Source: Raja brachyura (lineage: Eukaryota). From it: a DNA stretch of 64,000 nt. This document shows positions 49,121 through 61,194 of this stretch, piece after piece. Under the pieces are notes generated by a model, which was not told where the DNA came from, did not search any database, and worked only from the letters and a program-made list of their open reading frames with translations. Made by a program: the position numbers and the translations under genes. The stretch spans positions 2,542,001 to 2,606,000 of the forward strand of contig OY740826.1 of the NCBI GenBank assembly GCA_963514005.1, read 5' to 3'. Numbering within the stretch: position 1 is the stretch's first letter; each line of letters starts with the position of its first letter.

Positions 49121-50462
49121 TTTTATCAGGATACATCGCAGCTTGCTTTAGGAACAGCTCCATCCAAGACCACAACAGGTCCTTCGGCCCACCATGTCCA
49201 TGCCAGCCCTTTTTTCGACCCATCTATTGGTATAATTGCCATGTGTACCAGAATTCAGAGTTTGCACGCAACCCAGGCAAGTCGTACTGTATAAGGTCAT
49301 AAGTGATAGGAGCAGAATTAAGCCATTCGGCCCATCAAGTCTGCTTCACCATTCAATCATGGCCGATCTATCTCTATCTCCTAACCCCATTCTCCTGCCT
49401 TCTCCCCATAACCTCTGACACCAGTACAAATCAAGAATCTATCCATCTGTGCCTTAAATAATCCACTGACTTAGCCTCTACAGTCCACTGTGGCAAAGAA
49501 TTCCACAGATTAACCACCTTCTGACTGAAGATATAATTCCTCATCTCCTTCCTAAAAGAACATCCTTTAATTCTGAGGCTGTAATCTCTAGTCCTAGACT
49601 CTCCCACTAGTGGAAACATCGTCTCCACATTCACTCTACCCAAGCCTTTCACTATTCTGTATGTTCCCCCCTCATTCTTCTAAACTCCAGTGAGTACAGA
49701 CCCAGTGCTATCAAACGCTCATCATATGTTAACCCACTCATTCCTGGGATCATTCATGTAAACCTCCTCTGGACCCTCGCCAGAGCCAGCACATCCTTCC
49801 TCAGATATGGAGCAAAATTGCTCACAATATTGAGTACAATACATACTGAGAGTCATGGGAGAGGGAGACACAGAAATACCTTTCTGATCTTTCTGTCCCG
49901 GGCCTCCTTCACCATTAGAGTCAGGCCCAATGCAAATTGGGGAACAGCACCTCATATTTCGCTTAGGCAGCTTCCATCGGTATGATTATCGCCATCTTTA
50001 ACTTCGTAGCCTTGCTTTCCCTCTTTCTCCATCCCTCCCCTTTCTTATTCTGCGACTAGGCCGACCGTCCACTTGATTAAATCTTATCTGTTTGCTTCGT
50101 TGTCACCTTCTCCTAGCTAACAATGATCTATTCTACATTTCCATCCAACCTCATTCCCTTTGTCTTGTTTTCACACCTTCACTTCCTTATCTCTGTGTCC
50201 CCCTCTTCCCCGACTCTCAGTCTGAAAAACGGTCTTGACCCAAAACATCACCCATTCCTTCCCTCCAATTCTCAGATTCGGGGACAGTTTCTTCCCAGCT
50301 GTTATCAGACAACTGAATCATCCGACTACACCCAGAGAGCAGCGCTGAACTACTGTCTACCTTTTTGATGACCCTCGTGTCTATCTTCAGTGTGAACCAG
50401 CATCTGCAGTTATATTAATACACAAAGTATTTCAGTGATCAGACTCTGTACAAAGTCGCAAC

Positions 50463-50634
50463 TCAGCTGAACTGGTGGTTGTTCGTGGGAACAAGCGACA
50501 GACACGGAATTACGTACCTGGGTTCTACCCGCTGGTCGAGTATCGACTGATAAACACTCAGGGGACCTGTGTCCTCGTCCTCAGCAGCCGTCACTGTGTG
50601 GAGAACACGAATGTGTAGAGGAGTAGATATGCAT
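50463..50634 (-). other. Orphan putative terminal exon, copy 3 (has SVYQSI and RYVIP)
   Basis: Same acceptor; 11 substitutions versus copies 1/2, no indels. Confidence 0.45.
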
Positions 50635-50682
50635 CTGGAAACGGAAATAAAATAAGGAAGTATTCTTTTATCAGCAAACGGT

Positions 50683-53420
50683 TAAGTAAATAAGTAAGTA
50701 AGTAAGTTTATTGGCCAAGTATTCACGTACAAGGAATTTGCCTTGGTGCTCCGCCCACAAGTAACAACATGACATACAGTGACAGTTACGAATGACTCAG
50801 AAAACACTAAACATTAACAATAATAATAATAAAACATTAATGATAAAACACCACTGATCAAGCATGAGAACCAACAAAATACCAGATCAAAGGGAGGCTA
50901 CAGATTTTTCGCTGTTGAGTAGGGCAACTACTCGTGGATAAAAACTGTTTTTGTGTCTGGCTGTGGCAGCTTTGACAGTCTGGAGTCGCCTTTCAGATGG
51001 AAGTGATTCAAAGAGTATGTGGCCAGGGTGAGAGGGATCAGAGATGATTTTGTCCCCTCGCTTCCTGGCCCTTGCAGTGTACAGTTCATCAATGGAGGGA
51101 AGGTTGCAGCAAATAACCTTCTGAGCTGATCGGACAATTCGCTGCAGCCTCCAGGTGTCGTGCCTGGTGGCTGAGCCAAACCAGACCATGATGGAGAAGG
51201 TGAGAACAGACTCTACGATGGCCGTGTAGAACTGGACCATCATTGCAAGTGGCAGATTGTGTTTCCTCAGCTGCCGTAGGAGTACATCCTCCGTTGTGCT
51301 TTTTTGACTGTGGAGTCGATGGTAGCCCCCCACTTAAGGTCCTTCGAGATGATGGTTCCCAGGAACTTCAAAGATTCTACAGATGTGACTGTGGTGTTGT
51401 TGATGGTGAGTGGGGTGACAACGTCTAGAATCAATTCCACTGTCTTAAGAGATTTGAGCTCTAGGTTGTTGCGATGGCACCAGGACACCAGCTGTGACTC
51501 TTCCTGTCTGCAGGCAGATTCCTCCCCATTCTGGATCAGTCCAATCAGGGTTGTGTCATACGCAATCTTGAGAAGCTTGACAGAGGTGTCTGTGGGGGTG
51601 CAATCGTTGGTGTAGAAAGAGTAGAGGAGAGGAGAGCGCCTTGCGGTGCTCCTATGCTGAGCGCTTCCGGGTCCGAGATGTGCTTTCCCAGACTCACATG
51701 CTGCTTCCAGTCTATCAGGCTGCTGGTGATCTACCGACAGAGGGGTTCAGGCACAGTCAACTGGGAAAGTTTGGAGTGTAATAGCACTGGCACAATGGTG
51801 TTGAATGCGGAACAAAAATCAACAAACAAGATCCTCGCATAGGTCCCCTGGCGGTCTAGGTGCTGTAGGATAAAGAGCAGGCCCAGGTTGACTGCATCAT
51901 CCACATATCTATTGGCCCGATATGCAAACTGCATAGGGGGATCGTGATATTTTTCAGCTTGGCCAGCACAAGCCTTTCAAGTGTCTTCATGACCACAGAG
52001 GTCAGTGCAACAGGCCTGTAGTCATTAAGACAAGTAATCCTTGCCTTTTTGGGCAAAGGGACAAGAGTGGAGACTTTGAAGCAGGCAGGGACAGTACATG
52101 TTTGAGGAACTGGTTAAAAATGTCTGTATAGACCGTTGGTTGGCACAGAGCTTAAGAGTAGAGGGGGAAACATAATCAGGTCCTGGAGATTTCCGGCTTT
52201 TTTGTCTTCTGAAAAGCCTCTCCGCCTCCTCTATTTTTATTGTTGATGAAGTGATGTTGTTCAGCAAGGAGGGTGTGGGTAATTGGGTGTGAAGTGGTGA
52301 TTGGCGGGGGGTGGGTGTAGAAGGGCCCAGTCTTTGCAGACTGAGGTCAGGCTGTGAGTGGGTGTGAAGTGTTAGTGTGGGAAATGGTCCAGTCTTTTCA
52401 TACTGCAGTCTTGCTTCAAGTAGGTGTGGAGAGGTGAATTGGAAGGAGAGGGTGCTGGGTCCATTCTTTGCAGAATGGGGTCTGGCTGTGTTAGTTGGGG
52501 AGGGGGGGAGAGGGGGAGAAGGGGAGGGTGTACCAGGGTTACGTTTCTGATTTTCAAACCTGCAGTAAAACTCATTCAGGTCATTGGTCAGCTGATGATT
52601 GTCCATAGAGCGGGGGACTTTCCTCTTGTAGCTGGTAATTTCTTGCAAGCCCTTCCAAACTGAAGAGTCTCTAGCTGAGAACTTGCTCCTCAACTTCTCA
52701 GAGTAACTTTCGTTGGCAGCTCTGATTCATCTTCTCAGCTTATACTTGGCCTGCCTGCAGAGGTCTGCATCCCCGCTTCTGTAGGCCTCCTTTTGAGACC
52801 GTTGGAGCTGTCTGAGTTCTGCAGTGAACCAGGGCTTGTTGTTGTTGAACCATGTCCGGGTCTTAGTTGTAATGCAACTGTCCTCGCAAAAGCTGGCATA
52901 TTATGATACAGTGCTGCCTCCACTTCGCGGTCCGCTCTGTGAAGTTGGTAGCCAGCCAGTTGCAGCGCGCTGTCGGGGGTCAACTCACAAAGCCAGGTCT
53001 CGGTGAAACACAGGGCAGCAGCTCGAGAGAAGTCCTTGTTTGTCCGATGCAGGAGTTGCAGTTCGTCCACTTTGTTCTTGAGAGAACGTACGTTTGCCAG
53101 GAATATGCTGGGGAGTGGTGTGCGTGATCCTCCTCGCGGAGTCGATGAGTGCTCCAGAACGCTTCCCACGGGTCCTCCTCCATATCAAGACCTTGAATGC
53201 AACTACAGTCCCACCGACGAGTATGTCCAAATAATCCAGCGAGTGAGAGAAATCCGGAACGATGTTTGGAGGCACCGTATGTCCGATGTTTATGAATACA
53301 TCTCTCATGAAAGTAATCTTTGTAGAGTTTTCACAGACGACACAAATGAACAAACACATACAAAACAGCAAGGAGCAGTACACCGTGGCCGCCATCGTCG
53401 GCGCCAGCAGCAGCTGCACT
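50683..53420 (-). mobile_element. Rex1/Babar-type LINE (RT retained, part of APE deleted)
   Basis: [22 protein letters not shown] and FVDFCSAFNTI, plus C-terminal FYTAIVESVLTFSI; deletion at ~52912. Confidence 0.9.
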
Positions 53421-53895
53421 GCAAACAGCTACACTGCAAGCAAGCTAACCCATTTAACCCCAGATGGGGCATGACTTTGACTTATTGGAGGGAGTGCTGT
53501 ACTGTGGGAAGAGTCCCTCACTATCTCTGCAAACCTATTCTGGCCGTGATCCTATTTCTGGTCTCTGCAATCCCCTCCCCACCAGCCCCGACACCTCTCC
53601 CTGTCAAATTGGAGGTATTTAATCTAACGGGTGTGCCAGCTTCCAGTTCCACAGTGCCATGGTTAGGTTGCTCATTTGGATAAGAATGCACTGATTCAAG
53701 AATTGTTTAGGAAAGAACTGCAGATACTGGTTTGGACAGGCGGCATCTCTGGATAGAAGAAGGATCTCGACCCGAAACATCACCCATACTTTCTCTCCAG
53801 AGATACTGCCTGACCCGCTGAGTTACTGATTCAAGAATGTCTGGAATTGTGCAAGGCAAGTTTGCTGAATTAACTATGCAAAGCTTTATAATGAA

Positions 53896-55440
53896 CTAGA
53901 CCAAGTTCAGACCCGTTGGATCTGTTCCCCCAACGTGCGGTTGCAGGGGAGGGAGGGCGGGGCAGCATGTCCCTGAGGGTGGGTGAGGGGGGTAGAGAGG
54001 GGCAGGGTAAGGGAGAGGAGAGGGGAAGGTGAGAGGAGAGGGGTTATGGGGAAGAGGGGAGGAAAAGGAGGTGAAGGGGAGAGGAGAGAAAGAGAGGTGG
54101 GGAGGGGAGGGAGAGGGGGAGAGTGGGGAGTGAGGGGAAGAGGGGTAGCAGGGAGTGGTGCAAGAGCGAGGGGAAGGGTGTGGGGGGGTGATGGGGATGA
54201 AGAGGGTGGGGGAGAGTGGGGGTGGGAGTGGTGAGGAGAGTGGGAGGTGGAGAAGGGGAGAGGGAGGAGGAGGGGGGGTGGGGGAAGGTGTGAGAGGGTT
54301 CAGGGAAGGGTTGAGAGAGGGGTGGGAGGGGAAGGGGAGAGAGGGGGGAGAGTGTGGAGGGAGGGTGAGAGGGGTAGGGGAGAGAGAGGGAAGAGTGGGG
54401 GGAGGGGGAGAGTGGTAGGGGAGGGGGAAGAGTGAGGAGGGAGGGGGAAAGCAGAGAGAGGGGGAAGAGTGGGGAGGGGAGGGAAGGGAGGGGGGAGAGA
54501 GGGGTGGGGGAGGGAGGGGGAAAGGTGGGGAATGGGGGAGAGAGAAGTGGAAGTGGGGAGGGAGGGTGAGAGGTGTAGGGGAGAGTGGTGGAAGTGGGAG
54601 AGAGGGAGGGGGAAGGGGGAGTGGTGGAAGAGGGAGAGAGGAGTAGGGGAAAGGGTGGGGGAGCTAGGGAGGGAGGGGAGAGAGAGGGTGGGGGAGGGAG
54701 AGAGGTGGGGTGGGAGGGGGAGGGAGGGGGAGAGGGGTAGGGGAAGTGGTACAGTGCCCCCCTAGTCACATGTGTGGGGGATATTAGGTGGTACAGAGTC
54801 CCCCTAGTCACATGTGTGGGGGAAGTGATACAGTGTCCCTCTAGTCACATGTGTGGGGGAAGTGGTACAGTGTCCCCCTAGTCACATGTATGGGGGAAGT
54901 GGTACAGAGTCCCTCTAGTCACATGTGTGGGGGAAGTGGTACAGTGTCCCCCTAGTCACATGTGTGGGGGAAGTGGTACAGAGTCCCCCTAGTCACATGT
55001 GTGGGGGAAGTGGTACAGTGTCCCTCTAGTCACATGTGTGGGGGAAGTTGTGCAGTGTCCCCCTAGTCACATGTGCAGGGGGGGGGGTGGGGCAGCATGT
55101 CCCTGAGGGTGGGTGAGGGGGTTAGAGAGGGGTGTGGTAAGGGGAAGGGGAGGGGAGAGGAGAGGGGAAGGTGAGAGGAGAGAGGTTATGGAGAAGAGGG
55201 GTGGAAAGGGAGGTGGAGGGGAGAGGAGAGGCGGAGAAACAGGGGTAGGGGAGAGGTGGAGAGAGAGTGGAGGGGGAGGGAGAGAGAGTGAAAGGAGAGG
55301 GAGAGAGGTGTGGAGAGAGAGGGGGTGAGAGAGGAGGGGGAGAGAGAGGGAAAGGAGAGGGGGAGAGGTGGGGAGGGGAAGGAGAGGGGAAGAGTGGTGA
55401 GTGAGGGGAAGAGGGGTAGCAGGGAGGGGTAGCAGGGAGT
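53896..55440 (-). mobile_element. Non-autonomous Helitron 3' portion (paralog of 12528-14200)
   Basis: Same hairpin + CTAG|T end. Confidence 0.6.
54743..55075. repeat. ~37-bp minisatellite, ~9 copies (paralog)
   Basis: Same unit as 13507-13840. Confidence 0.95.
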
Positions 55441-57011
55441 CCTCCTCGCCATATGAGCCTCTGCCTGAGGCTGTTTGGGGAATCCTAGGGGCATGCGACC
55501 CCGATTGGAATACTTCATGGCTCATCATTGTCTGAAGCATTCTTTCCATTTGATCTAGACATCCCCATACCTTCTTGTTGGAAGGAGGGGTCTTCTTCAT
55601 CAGACTCGTCAGGTAAAATGGGCCTGACAGATTTCCGGTTGGCCTTTCTCCCTGCTGGAGTGGCCTCAGCACCCTGAGGCAACGGAGTTAATGGAGGCAG
55701 TTGAGCTGCCGGCAGTTCTGCAGTCGGTGTCGGTAGCCGGTATCTCCCTACCCGATCCGCAAGCACTAACCGTGGTCCCGCGAGTTAAACTCCTGCTACG
55801 GACGGCAGACTTTTTCGCAACTTTCTCCATTCTCTAATGACTGCCGCTGGCTCCTGAGCCAGTCTCACGGAGTTTAAATACCCGCAGAAAGTTTTGAAAT
55901 CACTTACCTGCCGGTTTACTACTTACCGCTTGTGGAGCTGCGCTCTCCAGCCCGTCGGTGTGCCATGCGTTGGACGTAATGACGCACATGTGCCTGGCGG
56001 GGCTTCTTCACGTAGTCACTCACGTGACTCCGAAGTAAAATTGGCTACAGGTGCCATTACATTTTACATTCTGATCTACACAAGCAGAGCAGACCAGGGG
56101 TGGCAGGATTTAAGATCATTTTCGGATACCCCACGGTCTCACGACTATGTGGGAGGGCAGGCTTGCTATATTATATCCAGGCCACCAGAATCCTAAGAAG
56201 TGTGGAATCAGCATTGTTTATTAATCGACAAACAACCACACAAGGGAAGGTTGGTTCAGATTATTTCAAGGTGGCTGCAGCAGGTTCTGGTTTATGCAGG
56301 TACTAACACTGACGATTGTATATCTCATTCCACCAGGGCAGCATCAACGTCAGCGGCCAGGGCAATGGACATTCCCATCGACCATATCCTCGCGACCGCA
56401 GGATGGTCAACTGAATTGTTTTTTAATTTTATTTTTACCATAGGCCGGTTACTGACCCGGGGTTTTTTGCCCATTCTGTTTTGCATCTACTTTAGCCTCC
56501 CCTGAGATACAGGGGTTGCTATTGATTTCTTTATTAACGTAAAGCATTAATACATTTGAATCAATATCATGTTTAATGCATTTTTTTGATTATTCACTCA
56601 TCCTGACATTGATTATTCAATAAATGCAGTGAGACGCCGAGATTTGGATCTGCGGCATGATATCACAAAGCTTCAAACCCTTCACGGAATCACACACGTG
56701 ACTCCGAAGTAAAATAGTAAGATTAAATGAGAACTTACCAGTTTGAAGTTTGATCTTGATTTTATGAATCGTTACATTGGTGATTACATGCCCTCCACGC
56801 CCAACCCCCTCTCATAAAGGTCATCTGGCAGTTCTTGAGTAACGCATCTTACTATGTCACTTTGGTAATTGTTATTTGTGATTTCATACCGCTGCTTTGA
56901 AGATTCACGCGCATGCGCACTGGTGGGGTTCTTCACGTAATCGCCAACGTAACTCCTCATAAAATCAAGATCAAACTTCAAACTGGTTAGTTCTCGTTTA
57001 ATCTTACTATT
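55440..57011. mobile_element. Paralogous DIRS 5'(-) / 3'(+) fragment pair
   Basis: Near-identical to 14200-15792. Confidence 0.85.
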
Positions 57012-60000
57012 TTCCCCAATAAATAACCCGTGCCTGCCTTCTCCGCATATCCCTTGGCTGCACTCACCCCAAGAGCTCTATCTAACTCCCTCTTAAATCC
57101 ATCCAGTGATTTGTCCTCCACTGCCCTCTGTGGCAGGGAATTCCACAAATTCACAACTTTCTGGGTGAAAACATTTTTTCTCACCTTCGTCTTAAATGGC
57201 CTCCCCTTTATTCTAAGACTGTGGCCCCTGGTTCTGGACTAAATAGTATCAGGATTAATCTTGCACCTGCTCCACTATTAGATGACCATGACTGATTAGT
57301 TTTAGTTTAGTGTAGTGAAGATAGACACAGCGCAGAAACAGGACCTTCGGCCCACCGAGTCAGCATCGACCAGCGATCCCCGCACACTACACACACCATG
57401 GACAATTTTATATTGAAGTCTCGTGATGAGGCTGCATGAAGAACCTGCCAGCTCACATGCGCGTCAATACGTCGTCGATGGCGCGGGATTTGGAGGCATT
57501 CGAAAATGAAAAATGAAAAGATATATTTGAGAATGTTGATTTATTTTACTTTTCATTCCTTTTCTGTTTTCTTTTTCCTCTTTCAATTGAGTTCAAGATG
57601 CTGAAAAACCTGAAGCAGGTGAATCACCTCAAGAGACAGTTCCTGATGGTGAAGCAGATGATCCGGTTCCAAAGCGACTGCTTCGATCCATGACAAGTGA
57701 TGGTCAACAAACATGGACATGGGTGGAAAATTGTAGGTGGTGAATTGGACATTGACTAGGGTGATCTGCTTCCAGCCTCAAGCATCTTGCTAGAATTAAC
57801 CTACTGTTCATGCAAGAAACAAACTGAGAAATCAAGTGCAGGGAAAGGAAGATGCTCATCAACAGCATGGTGTGCCATGTACAGATTTATGTAAGTGTGT
57901 TGACTGTAGAAACTCTATTACTGCAAAAGACTTGGAATCTGATGAAGAATATTCAGATGAAGATCAGATGTAATGTAAACAAATAAATTGGGGGAACTAA
58001 ATGATTATATAAAGTTTTATTTTAATGTCGCTCGTTTCACTGGGGGCGCTGTACTGACAGCAGCCTCTGCCTGCAGCCCGTTTGTTTTTCCATCTTTTTT
58101 TAATTTTTAGTCAGTTTCAGGTTTGTTTTTGGGGGAGTCTTTAACTTTTATATGTGGGGGAGGTGGGCAGGGTAAGGGGGAAACTAACTCCAAGTCGCTT
58201 CCTGGCGGCAACGCGACTATTTCTCCGAGTCGCGTCCTCGCCCCCAACAGCATGGCCGACAACCGGGATCGGAGCGGCCTTTCCTGCCGGGGACCAGGAA
58301 CCGGACCAGAGCTACAATAGTGGCGGCGCGGCGCTGGAGTCACCGCGGAGTGGGCGATGCCTACCTGGATCGCCGCTTGGAGCTCCGGAGAGTTGGGCCG
58401 CTGCTCCAACGCCGTGAAGCTCTGGTTTGGAGAGCTTCCAACGCGGGCAGCGCTGAACAACTCTGTGGAGTCCTGGGGCCATTTGCCGAGGAGTTCCAGC
58501 GTTGCATCTCCACCCGGCGCGCCCTGTGGACTTTGGGAGCCGCAGACTCCGGTATGAGGGGGCAGACTCGAGGTCCAGGCCGCTGAGGACATCCCCCAGC
58601 CCCGACGTCAGACTTACATCACCCCGGCGAGGGGGCCTGAACATCGGGCCGCCCGTAGCGGCGACTGCGGATTGCTCGGGGAGGCCCCGACCACGGGTGA
58701 ACAGTGGGAACATCTGAGGAAGAGACCGACTTTGGTGCCTTCCTTCACTGTAGGAAATGTTGATCCTGCTGTGTGGGGATGTTTTATGTCGAATTCTATC
58801 AACTCTATGTTGTGTTCTTTATTTTGCTGTGTGGCTGCATGGTGATTTCATTTCACTGCGCCAATTGGCACACGTGACAAATAAATGTATCTTGTTGTAT
58901 CTTGTATCTCTTCACTGTTTATTTGGTCAAATTATTTAAACAATGAGTGAATTACTTATGATAATGGCGTGCTGGTGAATGACAGTGCGACAGTCCACCC
59001 ACCCATCCACAAATACATACATACACACATCCACACACACATCCATCTGTACGCACACTTCCATGCATGCACACACATACATGTACACATACATCCACAC
59101 ACACATCCACACACACATCCACACATCCATCCACACATATGCATCCACACACATACACATACATCCCCACACACATATGCATCCACACACACACACACAT
59201 ACATCCACACACACACATACACATACATCCACGCATACATCCACACATACATCCATTCACACACACATACATCCACACATTTACATCCACACATCTATAG
59301 ATACACGTTTGACAGGTATACACAGACACACACACAAACTACAGATACTCAAACAATGAAACACATTTAGGGTTCTTTTAGGTTAAAGGTAATAGCCCTC
59401 ATTTGCAAAGGCATAGGCTCATTTGCAAAAAATATAGGCTCATTGTAGCTTAAAATGAATACTCATTGAGTAAACATCAGAGCATTCGATTCTTGGTCAG
59501 GATGTGACATTTACATCAGAAATAAGACTTTACTCTTGCAAGTCTGTCTCCCAACCTGGCACTGCCCCAGTCCCACTATGGCCGTGACCCCCACTCTCCC
59601 CACTGGCAATCAGTGGGGTTCAGTAAACGGGGGAACCCAGAGAATTTGTCCTGACCCTTTAATTACGCAGGTTCATGAGCCCTTAAAACCTGGGACCTCT
59701 GCGGCAGTCTCATTCATTTTCCTATTGAAGCGACTGGAAGATGCCCTGCAGGACAGTCCCCCAGCCTGGCACTGCCCCAGTCCCACTATAGCCGTGACCC
59801 CCACTCTGCACACTGGCAGTCAGTGGGGTTCAGTAAAGGGAGGAACCCACAAGAACTGCCCTCACCCATTAATTAGGCTGGTTCAGGAGCCAGACCTCTG
59901 CAGCACTCATTCAAAAAACACACACAATTATATTCATTATATTATATTTATATCATATAGTTATACTTAATTATATGTGATTACAGCCATATTCACAAGT

Positions 60001-60415
60001 CATATATATATATAGGTATAATAATGTATAGTTTAAATGGACTGCAACACAGAAATAGGCTATCAATGGTGTAATATGGGTATTGTCCAATAGACGGCGC
60101 TGACTTTCCCGATCTCATTTTCTGGGCTGAGGGTCCAATATTCCAGTCGACATCGCTCAGTGCATCCTGCAGCATGGCCTCTGGATGGTCAGACCACCGC
60201 TTTATGTCCCTCGTCACTGCCGCTTCCCGTACTATCCGTTCTTTATACTCCGGCAGCAGATAAATGGCAGCGTGGTCAGATTTCCCAAAAGGAGGGAGAG
60301 AAACGGCCTTGTAGCCTTCCCTGAACGGCGTGTAGCAGTGGTCCAAAGCTCTCCCCCCCTGGTGACTCCAGCACTTTGTACCTATTGAAGGCAGTGAAGG
60401 CTTGTATTTACTTAC

Positions 60416-60478
60416 CAAGAGAAAACATGAAGGGGTAAATCAAATCCACGAGCTTCTGAAAGGTATAAACGGTAGTCT
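60416..60478 (-). CDS. 63-bp exon 2 of the IZUMO-like gene, copy B
   Basis: Same as 19108-19170; canonical splice sites in frame with exon 1. Confidence 0.65.
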
Positions 60479-60816
60479 CTGTATAGACTAATGGAAGAGA
60501 GAGAGAGGGACAATGCTGATAAAGCCGGGAGCCGTGGGGTTATCTGAACACAATTAGCTTCTTCCCCACTAAACCCAAACACGTCCACTCTCTCCAGCAC
60601 ATGCTGACTATTCCCAGGGTACAAATGTCTGCTTAATAACCCGATGCTCCCTTCCTCACCGCCCCTCCCTCCCTCCGCTATCCATCCCCCTCCCTCTCCC
60701 CATCCCTCCCAACCTACCCTCTCTCTCACTCTTCCTCCCTCCCCCCCACTCTCTCCCTCCTTCCTCTCTCCCTCCCTCACTCCCTCCCTCCCTCCCCCCC
60801 CCCCCCCCCCTCCTAC

Positions 60817-61194
60817 CCATTTTGAAGTCCTTGGAGTAAGTGATAACCGGGTCCAGCTGAGTAGAACATTCGTCCTCAGAAGCCGCGATCAGACGCGGTT
60901 GACAAAAATGCTGGAGAAACTCAGCGGGTGAGGCAGCATCTATGGAGCGAAGGAATAGGTGACGTCGCCTACTCCTTTGTTGCATAGATGCTGCCTCACC
61001 CGTTGAGTTTCTCCAGCATGTTTGTTTACCTTTGATTTTTCCAGCATCTGCAGTTCTTTCTTAAACATCAGACAGCGGTTCATCAGGTCGAGGAACTTGG
61101 ACCAGAGCCGGCGGTCGCAGTTCACACAAGCGCAGCCCCTGTGAGCCAACACGGCGAGGAGGAGAAACACAGAAGCCAGATTATTCTGGGACAT
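60817..61194 (-). CDS. IZUMO/SPACA6/TMEM95-like exon 1, copy B (interrupted by a Penelope-derived hairpin, ~60904-61070)
   Basis: ATG with A at -3; signal peptide; CVNC-x14-C-x11-C once the insertion is removed (TGTC repeated at both insertion edges); donor G|GTAGGA. Confidence 0.6.
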
